The notes: generated from the letters alone by a model not told the origin. A stretch of 64,000 bases of DNA from Octopus vulgaris (GCA_951406725.2 OX597817.1:6076001-6140000); one strand, 5' to 3'; shown: positions 29,272-43,506, numbered from the stretch's first letter. A program made the numbers and translations.

Positions 29272-30846
29272 TGTGCACAAACCTTTGTTGAATCCAAAGA
29301 CAAAAAAATCAATATTAAGAGATACAGAGAAAGAATATGAAACAGAGTGTTTGAATTAGATATGAAAATAATTCACAAATTACACATAAAAAAAAACATT
29401 ATCAATGTTGATTATGCAAAAAATTGTTAAAGAAAATAATATATGTTGCATATTCATGTTAAATGGAAGAGAAAGTATATGAATGTAGTTTTCGACACTT
29501 TAAAATGCTTAATATATTCACAGCCAGGCAATTGAACTAGTGACTCCTTATGACTCTCAGTCAGTCGACACCCTAAGTATCACGAGAGAAAAAAATTAGT
29601 CTTATTGTGATTTATCGCATGATTAAGTTTCAACTGCTGTATATTTGCTTCGTAACATACATTCTCACAGCTATACATAAGCAGACACACATATATGTGT
29701 GGGGATAAAAGCTCACATCTGCACACAGCTTTCAGCATAAAATAAATCTGAATATGTCAAGTTTGTCATCTGTTTCAATATATTCAGCGCGATACGCTCA
29801 ATCACTTTGCCCCAATTTATGATAGATGTCACATCTAGGACAGTTTGAGATTCTTGTTCTGAATATATTTACATAGAAAACTTGCTGATAGCGAGCCAAA
29901 ACGTATATCTCGAGGAAAATTGCATTTGTTCTGAAATATGGTGTTATAGAATAAATATCATTTCATTAACCACTTCATTCACAATCCAAGGAAGGATATA
30001 GAATAAATGATTACCGGAAATTTGAAGACCAGAAAGAACAGCTGTAAAACACATACTTTCTAATTGATGGGAGATAACTTACTTGATCTTGAATGATGTG
30101 GGTCTTTTAATATGCTGGAGCAATGATCAAACATTATATATATATCAATGATACAAAAGATACATCTTAGAGATAATTCTCAGATCAAATAAAATGTGAT
30201 GCATTTTGCTTTCACATGTAACGATTCCAGTGCAGTCACAGGTCACATATAAAAAGTCGAAAAATAATGGAAGCTCTTTGTTTTTGCTATTACTATGAGA
30301 ATTTTCCATCTATTCTCTTGCAAACAGAATTTAATAACTTTAAACAATAACTATTATAATAATGCATTAAGGAAATGCTTTTACAAAGTAACTGAAATGC
30401 GTACCACATATCGATTAACAAAACAGGAGCGAGAAATATCATCTAGATGAATATGACCTTAAGCAGAAATATCCTTGAGTTGATCAGAAAACTTTTCTCA
30501 GAGCTATATAAACAAGATATTATTCGATAAAACCTCATAACTTAGAAGGTATTAGGCAAAGTTTCCAACTCTTGGAATCACAGACCATAAAGTGAATATC
30601 TACGAGAACATCGAAATTCATCTGCAACAAAATATTTTCCAGGCTGCTGAATAACATTTGACTTATATGCACAAGAACACCAAATTATTTATATATGTAA
30701 TATGATTTATAGTCTTCGGACATTTTTAAGTATGCTTGGTCAGTGGTTAAAATTGATTTTATTTAATAATATTAATATTTCTACCCGTATTATTTAATTT
30801 TATATCTATAAATATACATATATTTATACATGTATATATACATATA

Positions 30847-30906
<60 letters not shown>

Positions 30907-30908
30907 TA

Positions 30909-30959
<51 letters not shown>

Positions 30960-30980
30960 ATATATATAAGTATATATGTG

Positions 30981-31025
<45 letters not shown>

Positions 31026-31048
31026 ATATATATATAAGTATATATGTG

Positions 31049-31087
<39 letters not shown>

Positions 31088-31090
<3 letters not shown>

Positions 31091-32348
31091 GGTCATCCCA
31101 TAAGTTGTATCTGATTTTCCCTTTTTTAAAATTGAATGAAATTTAAGTGTATTTTAGAATGTCTAATGGAATTAAAAATTATTTTTATGCATTTGTATAT
31201 TTAAACTAGATAAATATTATCTTACAGAATAACAGAATTAAAATTTCTTTGATTAAAATCCTTTCTAACATGTAAGTATCCAACGAGCATTTGAGGCACA
31301 TAATGCTTTATGAGTACAAAAGAGGAAACTCTGCAGCTGAAACAACTCGAAACATACACTCAGTTTATAGGAAAGAATGCTTGAATGAAAAAACTTGCAG
31401 AAGATGGTTTGCAACATTCAGAAGTGGAGATTTCAGCCTTGAAGATGAAGATCGAACAGGTCGTCCAGTTGAGTTTGATGATAAGCAAACAATCCTGCAT
31501 TATCAGTTGAAGAATTGACAATAAAGCTTAGTTCAAACCATACAACTGTTCATCGTCATCTTCAACAACTTGGAAAGGTTCCTAAACTTGGAAAATGGGT
31601 GCCTCATGAATTGTCCGAAAGCAACCGCAAATCCCGAGTTGACATCTGCTCTTCTCTCCATTCTCGCGAACTCATTTCACCCTTTTTGGATAGACTTCTG
31701 AATGGTGACGAAAAATGGATCTAAATGTTAAACGTCGTAAACAGTGTCTTGGTAAAAGGGAAGAAGCTTAACCACAACCGAGAAGATAACTTCATACGAA
31801 AAAGGTTCTTCTCTCTATCTGGGTGGGGAGGGTATTGCAAAGGAGTAATTCACTTTGAATTGTTACCACCTAATGCAACAATCAATACTCAAGTCAGCAA
31901 TTAGAGCGTTTGAACCAAGTTTTCAATAAAAAAAGACCCCTCTTTAGTGAATCAAAAGGGAGTGAGGTTTCATCAGGATAATGCGCGACCACACACTGGA
32001 AAGACCACATCATCGAAGATCGAATAACTTGGTTGGGAAAAAATTCCTCATCCACTTTATTCTCCCGAACTTGCTCCTTCAGACTACCATTTGTTTCGTA
32101 GTTTACTGTATCATTTGAGGGACATAACTTTCGCAAGCTAGGAGGAGGTCGAAACTGACATTTCAGAGTTCTTCGTCTTGAAACCAAAAGAGTTCTACAT
32201 TGATGGGATTAAGAAGTTTATAAATAGATGGAAGGAAGTCATAGATAATCAGGGAAAGTACATTTATGATTAAATTGCAATTAAATACAACATTTAATCA
32301 CTTGTTTTCTTTATTCAAAATTCGGATAGAACTTATGGGATGACCTGA
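31088..32348 (+). mobile_element. Full-length decayed mariner (DD34D-type) DNA transposon
   Basis: ~28-bp TIRs TCAGGTCATCCCATAAGTT.. / ..AACTTATGGGATGACCTGA, set in TA context, ~1.26 kb apart. Confidence 0.93.
31270..32274 (+). pseudogene. Mariner transposase pseudogene
   Basis: Motifs WFATFRSGDFSLEDEDRTGRP, WVPHEL, GDEKW, HQDNARPH and YSPELAPSDYHLFRSL, spread over several frames with stops. Confidence 0.9.
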
Positions 32349-32461
32349 TATATCAGGAGAGAGTGACAGAAAGAGAAAGAGGCAAATGAGTATACAGTTA
32401 CTTACTCATTTCTTCCATTTCTCTATTTCTTATACGTTTATGACTGTATGTATGTATACCC

Positions 32462-32492
<31 letters not shown>

Positions 32493-32510
32493 TGTATGTA
32501 TGTATGTATG

Positions 32511-32569
<59 letters not shown>

Positions 32570-33098
32570 TGTATATACACAAACGACAATTAAAAATGTA
32601 TAACGTATACTGAGTGCAGAAACGGACAAGAGACAGACACAGAAGGTCCTTAATTCTTCATCGCAACCAGATGGTATATTACTTAGCTTCGCACTATTAC
32701 TGATAAGACTGAGGGACGAGAACGAACAATACCTTGTTAACAAACGACTCGGAAGTGAACATTATAAATGCAATTTAAGACGATGGACGAAGGACAAGGA
32801 TGAAATAAATAAGAAATGAGCAAAATATAGTCTCAGAGCCAAGGGACTAATGGTGGATAACGCTTAGAGGATAATCCTAAAGGATTCGAAAAGCGACAAA
32901 TAGCAAAACGTGTTAGTGAAACACAGGGGATTTAGGACCGGTGTAAAGAGTGAAGAGAAAGAAATGCTGACCACATGTCACGTGTCAGCAGCAAGCAGAG
33001 GATTAAGAGTGCCAGAGGCAAGGAGAGAGTGAAAGAGAAAAAATAAGGGAAGGGAAGGGGGAGGAAAAAGGAGAAAGAAGAAAAACTAGAAATATCTA

Positions 33099-33198
<100 letters not shown>

Positions 33199-33220
33199 GA
33201 TCTATCGATCTATCTATCTA

Positions 33221-33253
<33 letters not shown>

Positions 33254-34049
33254 TAGTTGTCCTCTATATAGAATACACTTCGAAGTACTCAAGACATTTG
33301 AACATGAGCCGGTAGATGATTAAATGTAATGACGAGCAATTTAGGGAAGTCAGTTTACATAGTTTACATTCATACATACATGTATACATACATGCATGCA
33401 TGCATGCATACATACATACATACATGCATACATACATACATACATACATACATACATACATACATACATACATACATACATACATACATACATACATACA
33501 TACATGCATATGGACTCGAGGCGAGTGAGTGAGCGTTTGGGATGTTGCACTCATGATTGTAGATTTGTGCTTTCACTTCCTGGACAGAGTGATGCTTTGT
33601 GTTCTGGAGCAAAACACTTCCTTTCCCTTTGTACCAGTTCATTTAGCTGGCACAAATCTTAATATATGTACGGGAGACCGGTGTCCTGTCTAGTTGGAGA
33701 ATATATATTGAGGATTCATAAACCTCTAACTCGGGCAGAACATTGATAAAAACCGTCATCTGCACACGAGGTATGACCTACGTTAAGTGGTGTGCAAAGG
33801 GAAACCGCTCGGCTTAGTTTAACAGCATAACAGACTGTACTTATATATGCCCGTATAACTGGAAGAAGAGTTGAAAAATAACTATGTATGTCCAGAGATC
33901 CTGATTCCACAGAGGATGAGTGGGCAGGTACAATACTAAACAAATAGGTGATAACATCATGAGCAAATTCACTCGGACAAATTAGTGGTTTGTTGTTTGG
34001 TGTTTAGAGAAATAAACCGATGCTGTCGGCCAGCGTTTAGGGGTGCTGA

Positions 34050-34500
34050 CATACCAATTACATTAATTAAAACCCGATTTTGTCTAAAACACCTGACAGA
34101 TAGATGCGGACGGAAGGTTACGTTCAGGCTATACTGGAAAAGCTATCAGTGAATGATCGGGCAGATGTACAGAATGTGCACATCGTCGTAAATGCATCGT
34201 GCTACAGTTATATTTCCATCAGATTTGTTTATCGCCTGAAATTTCACTTCTTAAGAAAAAGACGAATTCCCCTGATCCATCGCTGAATTTTCTGCCAACA
34301 TCATTGACTTGATGCATCTGCAGTCTTGGTTCAAGCGAATTCCATATCTGGACCCCTTGGTGTCGATAATGTTACCAGATTTTCATTGTCAACTGTCTGT
34401 CGGGAAATGCCGCTGTTTTGGACCTTCATTTAGATTTCTGTAGCAGAGTGGCCATAGGAAACATTAATGGCGTTTTCGGGTAAGCTCGGTATCAAGTAAA
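34050..34500 (-). pseudogene. Possible decayed Tc1/mariner-superfamily transposase N-terminus
   Basis: HTH-like GHSATEI*..GISRQTVDN with many lesions. No TIRs recognised. Confidence 0.3.
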
Positions 34501-35649
34501 ATAAACAAGTATGTATATTTCAGAGGACTTGCATTCCAAGGACAAGGGATAACTTCCAGAAATTACTGGCCCTTTTGAAACTGGTAATAAATGATATCCT
34601 CTAAATACACTATTTTACAGGTTTGGGGCACTGCGAATAAACCTTTGCCAGTGAATAAAATGTTAAAGGTAATGCGTGAATGTTTTATTCAGATCATTGT
34701 TCATATTTAATGCTACGTATATCATGTGCAATCAACAACATCCCAATACAGGCAATGTTCCAAACTTACTGACACGAGCGATTATGAGATTAAAGTAATC
34801 AATATACGGAGTAGTAGAAAATTCGTTGTCAGAGTGTATATGACAAACAAATAATTCATAACATTGTCTGACTTCAACTGTTACATTCAAAACTGCGCAG
34901 TTCAGAAGTTTGTAGTTAGATTAGCTGTTCTGAGTTTGATACCAATATTCATTCGAATGTTTTATACTCAGAGAGAGAGAAATTAAACATGTAGTGTTAA
35001 GATTGCTTAGGTTCGAATATGGATTCATATAGCAAATAACGTGCTTTAGCTATTTAAAATTTAAAATAAAGCATCTTGTTTCTTCTTAAATAAGGATATC
35101 AGCAAATGATAGCTTATGTATATTCATTTCCGTCCTAATAAAGGGCTATTATGTCTTCCAAGTACACACGATACTCATAAAAATATCGAGCAAGCCAGAT
35201 GAGGACATTTATCGTCTAACTTCAGGATGATGGAAATGTACCGGTTAATCTTGAGATCCTGTAGCGCTTGTGCATCTGAGTTCAGACTTGTCTGCGCATG
35301 CATCTACATATATAACTTGTCCTTCCCTCCACCAGAAGGATAGAAAAAAAGATCAATATTTATATATTGCTCAGATATTTCACGTAAACAGAAGTGTTTG
35401 GACACGAACATACATACGCATACTTGTAGATAAATCTACCTTCATCGTTCTCTTTTCTCTCTGCCCATCTGTGTGAGTGTATGTATGTGAATATATATAT
35501 ATATATATATATATACACCTCCCTAATTTTCTTTCTTTCTTTCTCTCTCCCCCGTGCGCACCCCCACCACATATATATATATATAAATGTATGTGTATGT
35601 ATGTAAGTATTATGTATGTATGTATGTATGCATGCATGCACCATTGATC

Positions 35650-35725
35650 TCATTTAGCGCAATGGTACAGAGCTCTGAACTGGAATTTAAGAGGTACAGG
35701 GTTCGATTCGCTGCTGGCCGCTTCT
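35650..35725 (+). pseudogene. tRNA-like fragment (SINE head or tRNA pseudogene)
   Basis: TAGCGCAATGG..GGTTCGATTC boxes are present, but there is no good acceptor stem. Confidence 0.4.
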
Positions 35726-36054
35726 TCCCGTATTTAGGGGTATTTTTACTCGATTTTCTAAAATCTGTTTTCTTGTACGGAGTTGTCATTGACTGTCAAA
35801 ATATTTCTCAGTTTCACGGTATCCGTTTGTAGCAAGCACTTAAAACTGAATGTTGGAAACATCGATGTATACGATCTCCACAGTGACTTGAGGATGTACT
35901 TAAATGCATAAAAGCTGTCACGTATGCTACTTTAATGTTTGTAAGAGGGGTTTTGAAGGTCTACAAACTTATATACAGACACACATACGCGAATATATGT
36001 ATGTGTGTGTACCAATATATATTTATCTATCTATCTACACACCCTATATATATT

Positions 36055-36260
36055 CTTTTATTTTATTTATTCTTTTGTTTCAGACATTTGATTGCAGCCA
36101 TGCTGGAGCACCGCCTTAAGTCGAGCAAATCGACCCTAGGACTTATTCTTTGTAAGCCTAGTACTTAATCTATCGGTCTCTTTTGCCGAACCGCTAAGTT
36201 ACGGGGACGTAAACACACCAGCATCGGTTGTCAAGCGATGTTGGGGGCACAAATAGACAC

Positions 36261-36270
<10 letters not shown>
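36055..36270 (-). mobile_element. SINE family 1, 3' half
   Basis: Reverse complement of the family 3' half. Similar partial copies lie at 12270-12500(+), 58405-58612(-) and 59622-59770(-). Confidence 0.75.
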
Positions 36271-36313
<43 letters not shown>

Positions 36314-37124
36314 CATATATATATATGGTGGGAGAATTCACAAAAAAAAGACGAAGACAGGTGGTGTAGACAACAAACAGATGTATTAGTTTAACGCTTG
36401 GGAATTGAGAAAGTCTTTAATGTTTCGAGCCTCCTCTCTTCCACAGAAAGGAACACAGAAAGAAACAAGGAGAGAAAGTAAAGAAGGTGGGTTCTTATTT
36501 CTTTGTCTTCGGAGATTTTTCATAGAAATAAAAGATGTATGTAGGTACTCAAGTATACTGTCAGAGATGCACAAACATATATGCTTAAACGGTGGACTAC
36601 CAAGAACTTAAGTCTCTTAAAAGAATATATGCAAACCACGTAACACTTTGAATTCTTATTTTGCTCTCGTTTGCAAAACCAACGTAATTATATAGCAACG
36701 TATATCTCCGAATATATCTAGAGAGCTAGAGTGTGTATATGAATGCGTATGAGGCCGTACACTTGCAAAGAATCTTTATCATGTCTCATGGAGAGCCTTT
36801 TAGCGGATATAATTGCATTTAACCCCAACCACCGCCCACACTTACAATATAAGATCCGATTATAAAGCGTTTGATCAGATAACCTTTGTCGAAGCTTCAC
36901 CCATACTCACACATCATAATATTCTCCCGAACGTGTGTACATCTAAAGATTTTAATATTTCGTCATTTTTGGCATTGATTTTGTGATCATTTTTCTAGAG
37001 CAGGTTCTATCACTCGTTTTCCTTTCTTTTCTTTGCACGTATGTGATACAAGTAAATGTATACGATATTGTGTTTATATAGAAAGCAATATAGTTATATA
37101 TGTACATATCTTTCTCTCTTTCCT

Positions 37125-37189
<65 letters not shown>

Positions 37190-37441
37190 GAAACACACAG
37201 ACAGAATACTTCATAATTCCACTCTCTTACATATAACTGTAAACTCACAGACAAAACGATCGTTTTGCATGTATATCCACTCATGTATATACAGACAATT
37301 ATATGTGTGTGTATAGATATATGCATACATTTAAGTATACATACATATACATATATACATATATGCATATATATATATATATATAAATATACACATATAT
37401 ATACAAATATATATATATATATGTATATATATGTATATGTA

Positions 37442-37494
<53 letters not shown>

Positions 37495-37775
37495 CTCTAT
37501 CTCTATCTCTCTCTCTCTATATATATATATCCATATATATATATATATAACGGAAGCTTTATGAAAATAAACAAAAGACGAAGGCAGGTGGAAAACAAAC
37601 GAACAATTGTATTAGTATGGCGCTCAGGAAATATAAATAAAACAAGTCTTTAACGTTTCGAGCCTACGCTCTTCAACAGAAAGATACACAGAGAGAGAAA
37701 ACACAGAAAGAAGGAGAAAAAATGCGTGAGTAGCTAACGAATCATATCTATATATATATATTTCTGCCCACATTC

Positions 37776-37843
<68 letters not shown>

Positions 37844-38082
37844 CCATATACATAGTTCTCGTTATTTTTGTTCCTGTGTAAGTGTTCCTGTTAGGAAAGA
37901 TATGAAAAGATATATGTGTTGATAATAGCTGTTTGGCAGAGCTTGTAATAAAAATGGAATTTTTGCTCTATTTGTCTTTTTTTTTCTTTTGCACCGACTG
38001 ATTGAATCTACATATTGTGGCATCCACGTAGCTCGCATTTATATCACGTCCTACGACGACAGAAGTAGGCATATATTTGTTT

Positions 38083-38149
<67 letters not shown>

Positions 38150-38646
38150 TGAGACACACACACACACGTGAGTGTGTATGCACACATGAATACATTCCGT
38201 TTATTGAGATAGAAACAGAGCACCCGTGTGTGAGTGTTTGAAGGGAGGGATACGGGCAAAAACATAATTTGAAAGGTGCAGTGATGTTTACCAGTGGGAA
38301 GTTACACAGTGTGTACTGGATAGGAAGCATATTAAGTAGAACAAAATGTAAAAGAACTAGGATAACAACAATATCAACAGCTTTGACAACTAGGACTACA
38401 CATAATTGAATATATATATAAAAGAAAAAATATTGATAGTTGCTGAAACGCGGAGTAAATTGAAAACATCATATCGTAGTATACCATCAGAGAAATACAA
38501 AGGTTAGCTAAGAGAAGCATACTTACATACCCGGTCATACATACAAACACGGTACATACATTATGCATACATACATACAACCTTACATAAGGATATATAT
38601 ATATATATATATATATATCTATATATTTATGGAATATTTCACATTC

Positions 38647-38745
<99 letters not shown>

Positions 38746-39155
38746 TATATATATACATATATATATATACATATATATACACGCGCGCGCACACACACAC
38801 ACTCACACACACGCTCACTCACATATATTGTTATGTATGTATGAATAATCATTTTCTTCGTGACAACATAGGAAATCCTTTGTTTCTTTTCTGCGTAATC
38901 CTTACTCATATCTTTATTATTTTAATTTTTGTTTTTTGTTATTAGAACGATTTAAGAAAAAACAAATCTTTGGGTTTCTCTTTATTCTTTGGCTTCACTT
39001 TTTTGTATTTGACGAATAGGAACATTGGGATGTGTGAGGAAAATTAGAATATACATTTATGTGTGTATGTAAAGTAATAATGAACACATGAAACGCAATT
39101 GGTATTTTAGGTTTATATAACATACGTCTTTCAGTAAGCGGATTGTCGTTATTAC

Positions 39156-39298
39156 ATAATCCGGGTGGCTCTATTTTGTTGTAAATTTAATGTATCTTCG
39201 GTATTGCAGTAAATAAAATATACGAGGAATATGCATGCTGTAATATACGCCAGTGTGTAAATTATGAGCCAGATACTTGGCATGGTAGATACGAAGCT
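39156..39298 (-). CDS. Candidate host exon encoding a signal peptide/anchor (MPSIWLIIYTLAYITACIFLVYFIYC...)
   Basis: Pyrimidine tract + AG acceptor, ACCATG start, ~22 hydrophobic residues and a GTAATA donor. No recognisable homology. Confidence 0.25.
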
Positions 39299-39645
39299 GC
39301 TAAAGTGTGAGAGAGTAATGCTGTATGGGAGAGGAATACTGGAGTGAAGAAAGGACACTAGGAATGTTGATGGTTTCTAAGTAGAGTAAAGCCCATTCTG
39401 ATCGATGGCACCTTGTCAACCTTGAAGGAAAGATAAAACTATCTGTAAGCGCTTTCTTTACAGTTTATAGCGAGTGCGAAATTGTGAAGTCATGTGTTTA
39501 TTAAAAGATCTATGACTTACATTACAAATTCTCTCTCTCTCTCTCTCTTTCCGTCTCTCACTCATACACACAAACACACACATGTATATATATGTATATA
39601 TAAATATATATGCATACATACATTCATGCATACATACATGCATGC

Positions 39646-39676
<31 letters not shown>

Positions 39677-39912
39677 CATACATACATACATACATGCTTA
39701 TATCAATTCGTTTTGAAAGATACCTGATGTGAAATCGTGTGTATCGTTGACGATTTTCTTTCTCCGTCTTCCCTTCCTTGGACCTTTCCTTTTTCTATGT
39801 TTCTGACGAAGAGCTCCACTCGAAACGTTAAATCCTCCTTCTGAGCATCCAATACACTATACTTGTTCCATGTCTTCGCGTTGTTGTTTTTACTCTTTGT
39901 TCATGTTTGGAT

Positions 39913-39978
<66 letters not shown>

Positions 39979-40069
39979 TACATATACATATACATACATA
40001 TATATATATATATATATACACATATATTACTTGACTCGTTTATTACAGTTCTTGTTTTATTATTTTCCA

Positions 40070-40116
40070 TTATCCGGAAATCTTTCGTCACACATCTGTG
40101 ACCTCTTCAGCGACAC
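40070..40116 (-). ncRNA. Hammerhead-like motif of another (TA)n-linked repeat family; homolog at ~6921-6965(+)
   Basis: The minus strand reads CTGAAGA-G-GTCACA-gatg-TGTGAC-GAAA. Stems I and III are imperfect. Confidence 0.45.
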
Positions 40117-40308
40117 TTTTCGTTTCCGTGCGGTTTCTTGATCCATTTATTCTGTTCTAAGATGGGTATTTGTATGTGCGCATGCGTTTGTGTCCCTCTT
40201 TGTGTGTGCATGCGTGTGTGTGTATGCGTGCGTGTATGCTCGTGTGTGTGTGCGTGTGTCACAAATTTTAGCAGCAGTGTGATCTAGTCCTCAGCTCCAT
40301 CATCTTAC

Positions 40309-40494
40309 CCCATTGTGCTGCTGCTGTCCCAAGACCCGAAAATACGGTACAGATCCTGTATTCCTCCGTGTATGTCCTCCCACGGTGTTGCTATCGTAGT
40401 TGTTATTGTTGTTGTCGTTATTACCATCGTTGGCACCGCTGGTGCTGCTGCTGACCATATTAGTTGTGATGTTGACATCGTTATGACCGTCCAT
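40309..40494 (-). CDS. Candidate host exon encoding an Asn/Ser-rich peptide
   Basis: ATGG start, 62 open codons ending at a GG|GTAAGA donor. The low complexity could be microsatellite-derived. Confidence 0.2.
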
Positions 40495-40683
40495 GAAGTT
40501 TTATGTGCGTGTGTTTGTGTGTGTATGGGTTCACTTGATATATATCCATGCCATTTATATAATTTTATTTATTTATTATTTTTTTTATTTATTTACTTAT
40601 TTTATCTATCTCTGTCTTACATTTATCACAGGTGCGTGAGATATATTTATATATTTATTTATTTGTCTACTTATATATATACA

Positions 40684-40849
40684 GGCGCAAGAGTGGCTGT
40701 GTGGTAAGTAGCTTGCTTACCAACCACATGGTTCCGGGTTCAGTCCTACTGCGTGGCACCTTGGGCAAGTGTCTTCTACTATAGCCTTGGGCCGACCAAA
40801 GCCTTGTGAGTGGATTTGGTAGACGGAAACTGAAAAGAAGCCCGTCGTA

Positions 40850-40894
<45 letters not shown>

Positions 40895-41097
40895 GTGTGT
40901 TTGTCCCCCTAGCATTGCTTGACAACCGATGCTGGTGTGTTTATGTCTCCGTTACTTAGCGGTTCGGCAAAAATGACCGATAGAACAAGTACTGGGCTTA
41001 CAAAAAGAATAAGCCCCGGGGTCGAGTTGCTTGATTAAAGGCGGTGCTCCAGCATAGCCGCAGTCAAATGATTGAAACAAGTAAAAGAGTAAAAGAG
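40684..41097 (+). mobile_element. SINE family 1, full length
   Basis: Colinear with 16750-17173. Confidence 0.85.
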
Positions 41098-41607
41098 TAT
41101 ATATTTATTTACTTAAAAACACTTTTTTTATACAACTAAAGCTATTTCTCATAAGTATCATAGATAAATGCATTTGAGTCTGTTGTAAAGTGTATTGCCC
41201 TGTATGCTTCTATGTATAAGTTGCGTGTTCGCCTTTTCCCCCTCCATTCTCTCTTCACATCCCTACTGTCCTTAGTCATGTGGTGGTGCGTGTTACAGTT
41301 CCATCCATGCTTTCTATTGAGGTTCGATATGTCTACCGTCACGTGTGCAGCATGTAGATTCTGTTATCTAAGTGTCGTGTCAGTTCTATGTGTCGATAGT
41401 ACACCGTAGTGAACTGAGAAGATCAGTTAATATCCTAAATATCCTAATATCCATGATTAAAAACAGTTGGGATGTGAAGAGAGTGAGAAAGGAGAAAAGA
41501 AAAACAAATATACAGTGTGTGTGTTTATTTGGCAAAAATAAATAAATAAAATGACCATCCCGAAATACAACAATATCTGCCTAACTATATATATATGCAT
41601 ATATATG

Positions 41608-41659
<52 letters not shown>

Positions 41660-42037
41660 GTGTGTGTATGTATATATGTATATGCATACACATATATATA
41701 TACACGTATAATGCATATATATATATAAATATGTATATATATACATGTATATATATCTATATACATATACATATAACTATATATGTATATATATATATAT
41801 ATATATAAATATAGATATACATATACAGAGTGAGAGAGAGGGAGAGAGAGACGTACGAGGGGAGGGCTGAAAATACCTGGCTTTAAGGTCGTCATGAAAT
41901 GCCTGGTTGGAGAACCAGTGCAATAAGTGCGTGAATCTCAGAGGGGAACACGTTGGAAAAAGTAATAATTTACTGACCCTCATGTATATTCTTTTACTGA
42001 AATCCAGGAATGTTTCAGCACTCTGTCGTATATATGC

Positions 42038-42115
<78 letters not shown>

Positions 42116-42179
42116 ATTCGTTAGCTACTGCACGCATTTTTTTTCTCTCCTTCTTTCTGTGTTTTTCTCTCTCTGTGTA

Positions 42180-42217
42180 TCTTTCTGTTGAAGAGCATAG
42201 GCTCGAAACGTTAAAGA
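42180..42217 (+). ncRNA. Minimal hammerhead-like motif in a ~200-bp (TA)n-flanked repeat; homologs at 37647-37684(-), 36414-36451(-) and 39800-39832(+)
   Basis: tcttt-CTGTTGA-A-GAGC-atag-GCTC-GAAACGTT-aaaga. The 39.8-kb copy has the canonical CTGACGA core. Confidence 0.55.
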
Positions 42218-42314
42218 CTTGTTTTATTTATATTTCCTGAGCGCCATACTAATACAATTGTTCGTTTGTTTTCCACCTGCCTTCGTCTTTTGTTTATTTT
42301 CATAAAGCTTCCCG

Positions 42315-42357
<43 letters not shown>

Positions 42358-42554
42358 CATAAAATTGAAGATTTGAAGAATAGAAGATCTCATATGGAGA
42401 CTGAAGGAAAAAAAATTACATACCAATGGATATGGTCAATAATAAAAGACGCACACCCATATAAATCGCTATCTGGCACATGCGACCTTTGCTATAAGGA
42501 AACATTAGGCTGGGTAATGAAAACTCAGTAAACAACCATGCTATGAATATTCAG

Positions 42555-42712
42555 AATTTAGGAGCTTGTGCCATTGCCAAGATGCGGGAACCATGCTGCA
42601 AATTCCCTTTGATCTGCAGTTGTCCTAATGTTTTGGCTTAATCTGTATTGGATGAAATTCACCCATAGAGGAGAATTTTTAATGCAGATTTCTATAATTG
42701 TCTCACGAGTTG
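42555..42712 (-). pseudogene. Helitron/PIF1-type helicase fragment
   Basis: IIEICIKNSPLWVNFIQYRLSQNIRT..DQREFAAWFPHLGNG resembles the PIF1 segment L..NMR..F..WLL.IGNG. Confidence 0.6.
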
Positions 42713-43048
42713 TGGGTTCATTCTCCATATTATTCAATTGTTCTTTGTTCAAGGGGACCTATCGAAGGGATAAGTCCTACAGATCAGGGAGCTTATGAGG
42801 GCACTAGGCCTTTCTACTACTTTAACCTGTAGATTGGCCTTATCTAATGCTAGTTCGTCTCCAGGGGTAGCATTAACGAAAATTACATTCTGATATTTTT
42901 GTTGTCATACCATAAGTTGGCCTTATCGATCTTCTTTCTGGTCCATTCTGGGCAGTTCCAGGATTCAGTCCTGTATAGCGGGCAGATCCCCTCTGCATCA
43001 CCTTCTATAATGGCTTTGTACATAAATATGAATCTATACATTTAATAT

Positions 43049-43134
<86 letters not shown>

Positions 43135-43199
43135 GTGTATATATGTATATATATGTATATATATATATTTTTTCTTTTCTTTTTTTATCAACATTTAAG

Positions 43200-43285
<86 letters not shown>

Positions 43286-43362
43286 ATATATATATATATA
43301 TACATACATATATATATATATACATACATATATATATATACATACATATATATATACATACA

Positions 43363-43396
<34 letters not shown>

Positions 43397-43506
43397 CATA
43401 CATATATATATATACATACATATATATATAAATCCTTAAAATCCTTAAAAATGTTTTAGCCCGAAGGCCGCGGCCATGCTGGGGCACCACCGCTGAATGA
43501 GCTACA

